From positions 1 to 57,961 of the IMG/VR virus record IMGVR_UViG_3300038406_000153: 57,961 bases of DNA. One strand, given 5' to 3'. This DNA comes from a virus. Its lineage: Duplodnaviria > Caudoviricetes. The translations under genes and the position numbers were made by a program. Every line of letters starts with the position of its first letter. The stretch's first letter is position 1. This document shows positions 9,511-18,439 of this stretch, piece after piece. The notes beneath the pieces are model-generated. The model did not search any database. It was not told the DNA's origin and saw nothing but the letters and a program-made list of their open reading frames with translations.

Positions 9511-10063
9511 TGGTGACCTCCGTCCACTCTCCGTGCCAGCGGGGGCGTTGAACGACTCGCTGGTCCCATCCGAGACTCGCATCGGCCAAGGCCGCCTCGG
9601 GCTCCTCACGGTTGTCGTAGGGGCCGTGGTAATAGGTCAATCCGCGAGTGGTGATAACCCGGAGTCCGTACTCGGTTCCCTGCTCACCCAGCAGCGGGAG
9701 TTCGGCGGCCAGGTTCCCTGCCTGCTGGCCATCCCGGGCAGCTTCGAAAGCGACCTTCGCCAGCAATTCCTCGCGCTGGGTCGCCTCTGTCCGCAGCCGG
9801 TCCACCCACCGCAGTAGCGAGACAATGCGTGGTCCCCAGTCACGGTCTCCGCTGTCCTCCACTGTCGGGAAGATGTCTTCCGGCCAATGCTCATCCAGGA
9901 GAGACATGAGGCCCTCCCATGAGTGCAGGCGGTCTACCTCGGCCAGCAGCGCGGGAACGTCGTCGGCCGAAGCGGTCAGCGCATCAAGACTGGCGTATGC
10001 GGCGGCCGGGCGGGACCTTTCCCGGATCTTCTCCAGCTCTTCAGAGGACAGTGGGTCAGTCAT
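9503..10063 (-). CDS. Hypothetical protein (ead/Ea22-like motif)
   Basis: ELEKIRER...DVPALLAEVDRL. Confidence 0.65.
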   Translation of the reverse strand: MTDPLSSEELEKIRERSRPAAAYASLDALTASADDVPALLAEVDRLHSWEGLMSLLDEHWPEDIFPTVEDSGDRDWGPRIVSLLRWVDRLRTEATQREELLAKVAFEAARDGQQAGNLAAELPLLGEQGTEYGLRVITTRGLTYYHGPYDNREEPEAALADASLGWDQRVVQRPRWHGEWTEVTSE

Positions 10064-10505
10064 TGGTGTCTCTGTCCTCATCAAGGGCGCGGGCGGTTTG
10101 GCTCAGGCACGGTTCATGTTGGTGCCCAAGCGTCGGGTCCAGGGCGGTTTCCATGTAGAGCGCCGGGCACTCGCAGTGGTGCCGGAGTACTGCCCCGGTG
10201 TCAGGGTCAGTGGCGATGCCACGGTCCGGGTCGTCGCATTCGCAGAGTTGTCCCGCGAGTTTCAGCCCACGATCGAGTTGGGCGGCTAGGCGGGTGTTCT
10301 CGTCCCGTAGCGCCTGGTATCGAGGTGCCGCACCGACCATGCGGGCGTCGCCCTGGTGTGTCGCTTCTGTCCAGTACGCGACCTCGTCCAGCAGGTACCG
10401 GAGGTCATCCGGGGCGTGCTGAAGCAGCTTGGCAAAGAACAACGCCCCCGTCGCAGCGGCTTCGAGTCTCGCCCGGATCTGTGCGGTGCGGTCGGTGTCA
10501 GTCAT
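10056..10505 (-). CDS. Hypothetical protein
   Basis: QIRARLEAAT...HAPDDLRYLLDEV. Confidence 0.65.
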   Translation of the reverse strand: MTDTDRTAQIRARLEAAATGALFFAKLLQHAPDDLRYLLDEVAYWTEATHQGDARMVGAAPRYQALRDENTRLAAQLDRGLKLAGQLCECDDPDRGIATDPDTGAVLRHHCECPALYMETALDPTLGHQHEPCLSQTARALDEDRDTND

Positions 10506-10717
10506 CGTGGCCACCCTCCAGCGAACGTGGCCAGAGCATCAGCACCAGTCGCGAACGCGTAATGCAGATACCCGCCCGCCTGGTGAGGCTCACGGACCTG
10601 CCAGTACCCCGCAGGGAGTTTCCGGATCCGCCACTTGGCGTGCTCCATGTCGTTCCTCTTGTGTGCATTCCGGATACTGGCGTGGATGTCGGCGTAGTTC
10701 CACAGTTTCTCGGTCAT
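10502..10717 (-). CDS. Hypothetical protein
   Basis: AAGGAGA RBS; start MTEKLW. Confidence 0.65.
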   Translation of the reverse strand: MTEKLWNYADIHASIRNAHKRNDMEHAKWRIRKLPAGYWQVREPHQAGGYLHYAFATGADALATFAGGWPR

Positions 10718-10748
10718 GTCGTTCTCCTTCCTAAGTGCCCCAGGGGCT

Positions 10749-11309
10749 TTACTGGCCTTGGCGCTTCCGTGTCTGGTAGGTCGCGTATTTCCGCTGCCGT
10801 TCACACACCCGGCAGGCGCGGCAGCCGTTCCGGTTGATCCGGGTGTTCTCGCTGTTGAATTCGTGTCCACGCTTGCAAGCCGTCAGAGGACCTCGCTTGA
10901 CTCGTGGGCGGACGTTGCCGGAGGCGCCTTCTCTGCGCCCATTGCCTCGTCGGTTTGCCTGGTACTCGGCGTTGGCGTCTTTGCAGCCATCGCAACCGCA
11001 CCCCCGCTTGTAGGCGCCTCGACTTGGGCATGCCTCAACAACACGCTGCCGCTTCGTTTTCGCGACATGACATGAGTGGCAAAGCACTTGGCACTTAGCC
11101 AGCTCGGCTACTCGCTTCGGATTCGTACGAGCCATAGTCCACAAGCGACCTGCGGCAATTTCTTTCTTGGCCGGATCGATATGGTCGACTTCCAGCTGCT
11201 CATTTGAGCCACAGGCAGCGCAGGGGCCATTGGCTGTTACCCACTCCGCTCGGCGAGCGGCTTGCCACGTCCGACCGTATTCGAGTTTCCGTTGTCCGGT
11301 GTATCCCAT
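10749..11309 (-). CDS. HNH endonuclease with C-terminal Zn domains
   Basis: CAACGS..LEVDHIDP..CQVLCHSCH; CKRGHEF..NTR..RACRVC. Confidence 0.9.
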   Translation of the reverse strand: MGYTGQRKLEYGRTWQAARRAEWVTANGPCAACGSNEQLEVDHIDPAKKEIAAGRLWTMARTNPKRVAELAKCQVLCHSCHVAKTKRQRVVEACPSRGAYKRGCGCDGCKDANAEYQANRRGNGRREGASGNVRPRVKRGPLTACKRGHEFNSENTRINRNGCRACRVCERQRKYATYQTRKRQGQ

Positions 11310-11447
11310 GTCGTTCCCTTCTGGCTTGTTCTAGCGCCCTTGCGAGGCACCGAGCCTCGCCTCCCACCGGGTGTGGTGGACTCCCCTCGACCTATCCGGG
11401 TCGAACTCCATGGAGGGCGTGTGCCCGGTGCCGTACCGGGCGGGTGG

Positions 11448-11702
11448 CTACTTGAACGGCTCGATCTTGGCTTGCTCGTTCTCCACAATGCGGCGGATAT
11501 CCCGCAAGTGCCGAAGAGCCTCTTCCACGTGGTGCCGCATGTCGTCGAGGCCTTCGGTGGACACTTCCCCGTCAACGCCGCCTATGTCAGTGTCGAGCTG
11601 GTCCAGAGAGCCGGGCATCGTCGCTATGTTCAGGTCCGCGTATTCGGCGGCGGCGGCAAGGTCTTTCAGGTGTTTCAAACTGGCTTCTGCGATGTCGTAC
11701 AT
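11448..11702 (-). CDS. Small acidic hypothetical protein
   Basis: GAAGGAGA RBS; start MYDIAE. Confidence 0.7.
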   Translation of the reverse strand: MYDIAEASLKHLKDLAAAAEYADLNIATMPGSLDQLDTDIGGVDGEVSTEGLDDMRHHVEEALRHLRDIRRIVENEQAKIEPFK

Positions 11703-11745
11703 TTCGTTCTCCTTCGATTGGTGGTGCCGTACCGGGCGGTAGAGG

Positions 11746-12027
11746 TCAGGTGCAGTCTTCGCAGACGGGCTCCTGCAAATTGGTCGTGCAACCGCATTCA
11801 CGGCAAGCCCAGCCCCCACGAACCGCGTGGACCGGAGTGTCGTAGGCGCTGGTCTTACAGTTGTGGCAATCGAACTGCTCGGTCCTCGTGTCGAGGACGG
11901 TTTTGACCACGATGCTCAGCGGTGCGTTGACCCAAGGTCCAGCGTCGGCGGGTTGGCGGTGGTCGATGGCGCCGATTACTTCCAGCGCTTCGGCTACGGC
12001 CTGCTCGGTTTTCAGTTGGTCGGTCAT
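11746..12027 (-). CDS. Zinc-finger hypothetical protein
   Basis: Three CxxC pairs. Confidence 0.7.
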   Translation of the reverse strand: MTDQLKTEQAVAEALEVIGAIDHRQPADAGPWVNAPLSIVVKTVLDTRTEQFDCHNCKTSAYDTPVHAVRGGWACRECGCTTNLQEPVCEDCT

Positions 12028-12078
12028 TTCCTTGCCTTTCGTTGTGGTGGCCGGAGAGCCGGGCTCCGGCCGGGTGGG

Positions 12079-13137
12079 TTAGATGTGGCAATCCAGGACA
12101 ACTAGGACAGTGGCCGGGTCCAGCTGGTCTAGGTATTGGTTGACACCAACCTTGTAGGCGCTTTTCTCGCCGGGTCCGTCGCTGGACATCCCGAACCAGC
12201 CCATGCGCCCGGGTGCCACCCATTCGCGTTCCAACGTGACCAGGGCATAGCCGGGGATCGCCTCACGGGCAGCAGTGGCCACGTATTCGGTTTTAGTGGT
12301 CGTGAACTCCTGGACAATGCAGCCGGAGTAGCTAGAGAAATTTGCCGTGTCAGCTGCTTTGATCAGCGGCTGAACTCCGTATTCGGTTCGGGCTCTACGC
12401 CAGGTGATTTCGCCTAGTTCTGCCAGGTCGCGGAAGTGTGCCCAGGATTTAGCGGGCGGGTTGCTCTTGGCCAACTCTTCCCACTGCTGGTATCGGATCT
12501 CGGCGTCACCGGCTGCTCCCGCGCGTAGGGTCGCCAGGTCCAGATCCTTGATGGCCCCGCCATCGCAGCGGCCTTCACCAGCGGAGTCCTTCGGTGAATC
12601 CCAGTGCTTTTCGCTGGGGATGACCATCGATCCGGGCTTGGCGGTGAAATAGCCAGACCACCTGCCCCCGACCCTCCAGTAGTCCCATTTCGATTCCGGG
12701 TTGTACGTGCTCATTGTGTACGCGCGCCCCATTTCGGGGTCGTAGCTGAGGGGCTGGGATTCGTTCTCGCTGTACCGCTCGTTGTGGAGCGTCACCACGG
12801 TTTCCCATGTCGGGTTCTCGCCCAGCCTTTCAGACCACTTTGCTTTCTCTGCGAACTCGGCGCGCTGCTGGTCTGGCGTGTCTTTGGTGGACTCAGAAGA
12901 CCAGCCGAGCATGTCCGGGGTGTGCTTCTTCAAACCCGTGCCGTTGCGGTGGTGCTCGGCTCCGGTGCGCATCGAACTGACGAACCAGAAGTCCTCGATG
13001 CCGCCGTCCTCGTAGTCGCGGTACGGCTCCACATCAGTGTTCTCGTCCCAGGGGGCCATAACGTCGGCCAGCAGGTCATTGACCTTGCCGAGCTCAGTAC
13101 CGGGTGGCAAACAGGCTAGGACTGAAAAGTGACTCAT
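12079..13137 (-). CDS. Conserved-looking phage hypothetical protein
   Basis: MSHFSVL..., STYNPESKWDYWRVGGRW, GRMGWFGMS, VLDCHI. Confidence 0.8.
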   Translation of the reverse strand: MSHFSVLACLPPGTELGKVNDLLADVMAPWDENTDVEPYRDYEDGGIEDFWFVSSMRTGAEHHRNGTGLKKHTPDMLGWSSESTKDTPDQQRAEFAEKAKWSERLGENPTWETVVTLHNERYSENESQPLSYDPEMGRAYTMSTYNPESKWDYWRVGGRWSGYFTAKPGSMVIPSEKHWDSPKDSAGEGRCDGGAIKDLDLATLRAGAAGDAEIRYQQWEELAKSNPPAKSWAHFRDLAELGEITWRRARTEYGVQPLIKAADTANFSSYSGCIVQEFTTTKTEYVATAAREAIPGYALVTLEREWVAPGRMGWFGMSSDGPGEKSAYKVGVNQYLDQLDPATVLVVLDCHI

Positions 13138-13193
13138 TGGTGTTCTCCTTTCTGGGTGGCCCGGCTCCTCCGTGCGGAGCCGGGCGGGATGGG

Positions 13194-13439
13194 TTAGTTG
13201 TTTGCTTCGTGGCAGGAGGTGCAGAGCTCGGCTTCGTTGTCGGCGGCCAGTGCCCCGCATCCCTCGTAGCACCAGGCGGGGCACGTCTCGCAGTGCCACT
13301 GCTCGCCGCCGCCAGTTCCCCGGTTGGTTGACCACCCCTCCATGACCGCCAGGTCCCGCAGTTCGTCGAGTCCGTCGGTGCTGGTGATTTCGTCACCGCA
13401 GTTGTTGTCGCAGGTGACCGTGTAGGTGGTGGTGATCAT
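13194..13439 (-). CDS. Cys-rich small protein
   Basis: AAGGAG RBS; four Cys pairs. Confidence 0.7.
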   Translation of the reverse strand: MITTTYTVTCDNNCGDEITSTDGLDELRDLAVMEGWSTNRGTGGGEQWHCETCPAWCYEGCGALAADNEAELCTSCHEANN

Positions 13440-13454
13440 CGGGGGCTCCTTCCG

Positions 13455-13603
13455 GGGGAACCGGGGTCCTGAGCGGGGTCGGGTGCAGGGCGGTTACTAA
13501 TCCACCGGTGCATATCGCCAGATGCCTCTGGCGGTCCGGTTGCCGATCCTGTCTCCCATCGGCCTCCCCGGCACCCGGCCCCTATCAGAGCCTCGGTTCC
13601 CTG
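13455..13603 (-). ncRNA. Candidate structured leader RNA
   Basis: Nested complementary helices (see findings). Confidence 0.45.
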
Positions 13604-13726
13604 TGTAGTTGTTGTTGCTATGTCTCTACGATAGTCCTCATACCGAGGTACAGCATCGTACTTTCGGTCAGAGTGTGGGGACATGCGTGCGTCGATCGTG
13701 GGTACACATCGGGTACCATTTCCACC

Positions 13727-13921
13727 ATGACGACCGACAACACAACCCCGAGCAGGAACATCCGCATGTCTGACGACCTGTGGGACCACTTGGGCGCTGT
13801 CGCGGCAGTCACCGGCACCAGCCGGGCAAAGATCATCACCGAGCTGACCCGCTGGTACGTTGACGAATACGGGAAACCAGCCATGCCGCATCTGCCCGTT
13901 CCGCCGCGCCCCACCGAATAG
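13727..13921 (+). CDS. Ribbon-helix-helix regulator (leaderless)
   Basis: TPSRNIRMSDDLW..GTSRAKII; TACCAT -10 at 13714-13719, 7 nt before the ATG. Confidence 0.75.
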   Translation: MTTDNTTPSRNIRMSDDLWDHLGAVAAVTGTSRAKIITELTRWYVDEYGKPAMPHLPVPPRPTE

Positions 13922-13923
13922 CC

Positions 13924-15438
13924 TCATACGGCACCGCCGTTTAGTGCGGCTTTGACGCGTTCGCCTATCCAGCGGGCCACGTTGACGCTCACGGCGTTTC
14001 CGGCTTGGGCGGTCTGCTCGCCGCCGGTGCCGTGCACGATGTAATCGCGGGGGAACCTTTGCGCCAACAACTGCTCGCGCGGCTGGATCATCCGGAAATA
14101 GCAGTCCGCAACGTCGATAGATTCGATCCCGGTTAGCAGTCCCGCCGAGTCGACCGTGCCCAATGTGTGCATGGGATGGTTGGTCGGGCGGGGGGTTGCT
14201 TTCCTGTACGGAATGACCAAACCATGATGGTTGCCGCCAGCGGAGATGGTGGCCAGCGGCCTGGCGATGGATTGAGCTTTCCCGTGGTTGCGTAGCTCAA
14301 CAATGTACGGAGGCGAAAACAACGCCTCATAGCCCTTGGGGTTGGCCATGCGGGTGCGCATCGGATCGGCGGTGGGTGTGGCGGTGGTGTTGCGTTGTCC
14401 ACCGCAGGGCACCAACAGCCCGTCACCGATTTTCGCGGTACGCGCCGGAAGCGGCGCTGTCCCGGGCAGATAGGCGCGGCCATCATGCCCGGAATGGTTG
14501 ACCGTCAACAGGGACGGATCAGTGGGGTACATGGCCAGGCCGGAGCGGATACGCCGCATGGTGGCCGGGGCAAGCCCCTCAGGTTTGTTGACAGTCCGTT
14601 TACGGTCACCGATGCGCTTGCCCGGGTTGTCCCAGTCGATGATGTCTGAGGCCGGTCGGACGTACGGTTCCACGATCGAGTGTCGACATGCTGAGTTGGG
14701 GCACCGGTAGTCGTATTGCTGCCGGTATTTGCCGACCGTGCGGCCGTTCCGCCACGACTGGCGGGCCGCCACGTCCGTGCCGCAGTCGGCGCACCAGGCC
14801 CCCGGCCGCAGATCCAGGTCGGGTTTGCGTATGCCTTTGCGGGTGAACACGATGTAGATCCGGTCCCGCCATTGTGGGGCATGCAGGTTGTCGCCGTCAC
14901 CGACGTGCGCCGAGGAGAACGACACCACCTGGGAGGTGTAACCCAGCTGGTGCATTCCCTCACGCCACCAACCAAACAGTTCCCAGTCCGTAGCGAACTC
15001 GACAACGTTTTCGCACAACACCGCGTCGTACCGCCACACCTCGGTCGCCCGGATCACGTCATGGGCGGTGGCCCTGGTCCGTTCCCATACCCCCGTTTCG
15101 ATGGGGCCGAATTCCTCCAGTGGTAGCGGCTGCATGCCGTTGGAGCGGCGTCGACCACCGGCCGGGGAAATCTCAGTGCAGATCGGGGACGCCCACAGCA
15201 CTCGCGCCGGCGGCAGGTGCCGCATGTCGTAGGCGTTGATGTCCACACACAGGTGATCGGCGTCGGGATGGTTGGCTTCGTGCGTTTTGATCGATACCGG
15301 CGAATGGTTGGCCGCGGCCAGCAACCGCCAACCCGCCTCGACTAGGCCGGTTGCCGAACCGCCTCCACCGCAGAACAGGTCCACGAACGTTAGGTCGTCG
15401 TCGACCGTCACCTGCCGGATACGAACACGGTTAGACAT
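13924..15438 (-). CDS. DNA cytosine-5 methyltransferase
   Basis: DLFCGGGG, SPIC, ENV, PQWRDR, QAGNAV. Confidence 0.93.
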   Translation of the reverse strand: MSNRVRIRQVTVDDDLTFVDLFCGGGGSATGLVEAGWRLLAAANHSPVSIKTHEANHPDADHLCVDINAYDMRHLPPARVLWASPICTEISPAGGRRRSNGMQPLPLEEFGPIETGVWERTRATAHDVIRATEVWRYDAVLCENVVEFATDWELFGWWREGMHQLGYTSQVVSFSSAHVGDGDNLHAPQWRDRIYIVFTRKGIRKPDLDLRPGAWCADCGTDVAARQSWRNGRTVGKYRQQYDYRCPNSACRHSIVEPYVRPASDIIDWDNPGKRIGDRKRTVNKPEGLAPATMRRIRSGLAMYPTDPSLLTVNHSGHDGRAYLPGTAPLPARTAKIGDGLLVPCGGQRNTTATPTADPMRTRMANPKGYEALFSPPYIVELRNHGKAQSIARPLATISAGGNHHGLVIPYRKATPRPTNHPMHTLGTVDSAGLLTGIESIDVADCYFRMIQPREQLLAQRFPRDYIVHGTGGEQTAQAGNAVSVNVARWIGERVKAALNGGAV

Positions 15439-15730
15439 GGCCACCCCTGATGTCCCAGCCGCACGCCACGGCGACGGTCGGATAGAAATGGCCGATGTGG
15501 TCACGCTGCACACCGTCGGCCAGCAGCGCCGCTATCTCAGCGACGGGAACCCGCGTGCCGGTGATGCACGGTTCGCCGCCCCGGATGTCGGGGTCGACCG
15601 TGGTGTGTGCGGCCAAGTTCAGGGTTTCGGCGGTTTCCTTGAATTCGGGGTCACCGTTTTCAGGGAACCGTGAATTCGGTCGCGTCATCGAGATCGGGTT
15701 GGGTGTCGGTTCGGCCAGTGGGTCACGCAT
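15431..15730 (-). CDS. DUF433 domain protein
   Basis: VDPDIRGGEPCITGTRVPVAEI..LLADG. Confidence 0.8.
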   Translation of the reverse strand: MRDPLAEPTPNPISMTRPNSRFPENGDPEFKETAETLNLAAHTTVDPDIRGGEPCITGTRVPVAEIAALLADGVQRDHIGHFYPTVAVACGWDIRGGHV

Positions 15731-15995
15731 CGCGCGTCTCCTTCGTTAGCTCGGCCATCGCCGGGTACAGGCTGGGTATCAATCGGCAAGCGGAGATGAC
15801 CTCAGCGCGGATGTCGGCGTCCGAGGGGATCGGGTCATTGAGGTGGGCACCCCGCACGTACCCCATAACAGCGGCTTCACCGACGAGACGTTGTTCGCGT
15901 TCGGTCATCGCGGCCAGGGTCCGGGCCACGTCGTCGGCGCGGTCCTGGTCTCTGGCGGCCAGATAGGCGACCAGATCGACGGGGAGCTGAGTCAT
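15723..15995 (-). CDS. Hypothetical protein
   Basis: Coupled ORF. Confidence 0.7.
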   Translation of the reverse strand: MTQLPVDLVAYLAARDQDRADDVARTLAAMTEREQRLVGEAAVMGYVRGAHLNDPIPSDADIRAEVISACRLIPSLYPAMAELTKETRDA

Positions 15996-16318
15996 CGGCC
16001 CGCCTCCAGTTCGGCGATGCCAGCGCGAACCAGGAAAGCGCGCGCGGCTTCAGAATGATCGGGGTCGTCCTTGTGGTCCCCGGCCCACTCGGCGAAATCC
16101 TCCTGGCCCACGCCTTCATCAGCTGAGGACCAATCCGCTACGACGCTGATGAGGTCATTGCACGGCTTGCAGTTCACCCAGTCGTAGACCTGTCCGTCAT
16201 AGACGTATGTCCGCCGCTCGTAGGTTTCCCCGGGCTGGACGGCCGGGGCAGTGCAGATACAGCACGGATGGGCCTTGCGAGCCGTCAGTTTTCGGAGCTT
16301 CAGCAGGTCAGGCATCAT
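15992..16318 (-). CDS. Hypothetical Zn-binding protein
   Basis: TARKAHPCCIC..PGETY..CKPC. Confidence 0.7.
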   Translation of the reverse strand: MMPDLLKLRKLTARKAHPCCICTAPAVQPGETYERRTYVYDGQVYDWVNCKPCNDLISVVADWSSADEGVGQEDFAEWAGDHKDDPDHSEAARAFLVRAGIAELEAGR

Positions 16319-16652
16319 CGGTGTCCTCCATTTCGGCCACAGTGAACGGGCCACGCAGGTGCCGGTTGCACACCGGGTACGGGTCCTCTGTAGGGAATTC
16401 GGGGTCGATCCGGCGGCCGACCGCGAACCGTTCGCACGGTTCCTCGCTGCCGTTGCGGTCAACCGCTTCATGGCATTCGTGGTAGGTGACGTGCCACGTC
16501 GGATGCCATGGAGCCCTCGACCCGTCCTCGTCGAGCCGCACGAAGATCGATTCGTTCGCGGACGTGATCCGGCCGTTGTGACCGTCCACGGTGACCAGGC
16601 CACCCCGGTACGCGGGGACGCGGTAGTAGTTGCGGACATAGGACAGACTCAT
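16308..16652 (-). CDS. Hypothetical protein
   Basis: MSLSYVRNYYRVPAYRG..HPTWHVTY. Confidence 0.7.
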   Translation of the reverse strand: MSLSYVRNYYRVPAYRGGLVTVDGHNGRITSANESIFVRLDEDGSRAPWHPTWHVTYHECHEAVDRNGSEEPCERFAVGRRIDPEFPTEDPYPVCNRHLRGPFTVAEMEDTDDA

Positions 16653-16942
16653 CGGTTTTCCTCCAGTTCGGTGGCGCGGTGCCGTAGCGCCCCTGCGGAC
16701 CACTCGATGCCCTGCGTCATGGCCGGGTGTCCGGTCAACGCGGTATCGGCGCACTTGTCCAACGTGGCCGCCATGTCCCGCAGCACCTGCGCGGCGATGA
16801 TCGGCTGGACAGCAGCCACCACGTTGCATGCAATACCAGTCACGGTGGCCAGGTCTCCGATGTCACAAACCCCCTGTACGCGAGCTTCCTCACCGCCCAG
16901 GGCTTTAAAGGCCGCCTCTTCGGCGGGGGTCAGGTCAGACAT
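16649..16942 (-). CDS. Hypothetical protein
   Basis: AGGAG RBS; start MSDLTP. Confidence 0.65.
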   Translation of the reverse strand: MSDLTPAEEAAFKALGGEEARVQGVCDIGDLATVTGIACNVVAAVQPIIAAQVLRDMAATLDKCADTALTGHPAMTQGIEWSAGALRHRATELEENR

Positions 16943-17129
16943 TGGTTTCTCCTGTGGTGGTGGCCTTTGCGGGCCGTAGGTGGTCGGGTGGCAGTGGCTG
17001 GCCGGTCTCGGTGCGGTGTTCGCACAGGCGTTCCCATATATCGGCCAGCAACAGATCGCAGAGGTCGGACCAGGCGGCGGGGCCTCGGTGGTCACGCCAG
17101 GTGCGGCGCAGCGGCGGGTGCAGGTTCAT
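16935..17129 (-). CDS. Hypothetical protein
   Basis: Coupled to the dnaB stop. Confidence 0.5.
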   Translation of the reverse strand: MNLHPPLRRTWRDHRGPAAWSDLCDLLLADIWERLCEHRTETGQPLPPDHLRPAKATTTGETNV

Positions 17130-18439
17130 GACGGCTCCTGGATACCAATGTCGACAATCCGGGAGTAATGCAGTTGAGCTGCAGCGGTGACAGTCTCGAT
17201 GGGGCCGTTCCTGTTTTTCGCGACGATCAGGTCAATCTCCCCGGCCCGCATGTGCTCAGAATCGTGGTAGTCGGGGCGGTGCAACAGGATGACGATGTCG
17301 CTGTCCTGTTCGATGCTGCCGCTCTCACGCAGGTCCGCCAGTTGAGGACGGTGGTCGGAGCGTTGTTCAGCACTGCGGTTCAGCTGTGCTGCAGCCACGA
17401 TCGGGACACCCAACTCGCGGGCAAGGATTTTCAAACCCCGAGAGATCGCCCCGACCTCTTGGGCGCGATTGTCGCCGGAGGTGGAGCCCATCAGCTGCAG
17501 GTAGTCGACGACGATCAACCCGAGCCCGGTGTCAGCCTGAATTTTGCGGGCGGTGGATCTGATCGACGCCAAATCCATGGACGCCGTGTCATCAATGTGG
17601 ATCATCACGCCGCGCAGTGCGTCGGCCCGGTCGGCCAGTTTCATGGTCTCGTGGGGCTGCAGCGGGCCGTTCAATATCCGGGACAGGTTGACGCCAGCTT
17701 CAGCGGCCAACATGCGGCGTTGCACTTCCCCACGGCCCATCTCCAGGGAGAACATCAGGGCCGGCTCGTATTGCCGGACAGCGCACGCCCGAACGAAATC
17801 AGTAACGAGCACGGATTTACCGGCGCCCGGTCGACCTGCAACAACGATCAGCTGCCCGGGTTTCAGGCCGCCGATCACGTCATCCAGCGACCCCAAGCCC
17901 GTCGACAACCCCCGGGCCGGTCCTTCAGGGTGAAACACTTCGGCCAGCGTGTCGTCAAGGATTTCGGTGAACAGGACGGTCGCATCGTCGCGGCGGGTCG
18001 TAGCACCGTGGACAATCGACTGGACATGCTCGACCACATCGGGAAGGTCGGTACCGGTGTTGCGGGCCGCCTGGATCGCTTTGGTCGCCGCGGCGACGAT
18101 CGCTCGGCGGGTCGCATAGTCACTGACCCGCTCGGCATACCAGGGTGCTTGTGCTGCCACAGGAACGGCTGACATGAGGGTGTGCAGGTACGGTCCGCCG
18201 CCGATACGGGATAGGTCGCCGTCAGCGTTCAGGCGGTAGGCGATCGCCTTGGGGTCGGCGGGTTCGCCGGCGGCCAGCTGTGAACGGATCGCGGTGAACA
18301 GGATCTGGTGTGCCGGGGTGTAGAAATCGGTGGGTCGCAGCAGTTCCGCGACTTGCTCGGCGGCGCGGGGGGATTCCATCATCGCGCCGAGCACGACCTG
18401 TTCAATCTGGTTGTCGGCCAGGGGAGCGTATTCGTTCAC
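17126..18439 (-). CDS. dnaB: Replicative DNA helicase
   Basis: AGRPGAGKS, FSLEM, IVVDYLQLM, DLRESGSIEQDSD, AKNRNG. Confidence 0.96.
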   Translation of the reverse strand: MNEYAPLADNQIEQVVLGAMMESPRAAEQVAELLRPTDFYTPAHQILFTAIRSQLAAGEPADPKAIAYRLNADGDLSRIGGGPYLHTLMSAVPVAAQAPWYAERVSDYATRRAIVAAATKAIQAARNTGTDLPDVVEHVQSIVHGATTRRDDATVLFTEILDDTLAEVFHPEGPARGLSTGLGSLDDVIGGLKPGQLIVVAGRPGAGKSVLVTDFVRACAVRQYEPALMFSLEMGRGEVQRRMLAAEAGVNLSRILNGPLQPHETMKLADRADALRGVMIHIDDTASMDLASIRSTARKIQADTGLGLIVVDYLQLMGSTSGDNRAQEVGAISRGLKILARELGVPIVAAAQLNRSAEQRSDHRPQLADLRESGSIEQDSDIVILLHRPDYHDSEHMRAGEIDLIVAKNRNGPIETVTAAAQLHYSRIVDIGIQEPS

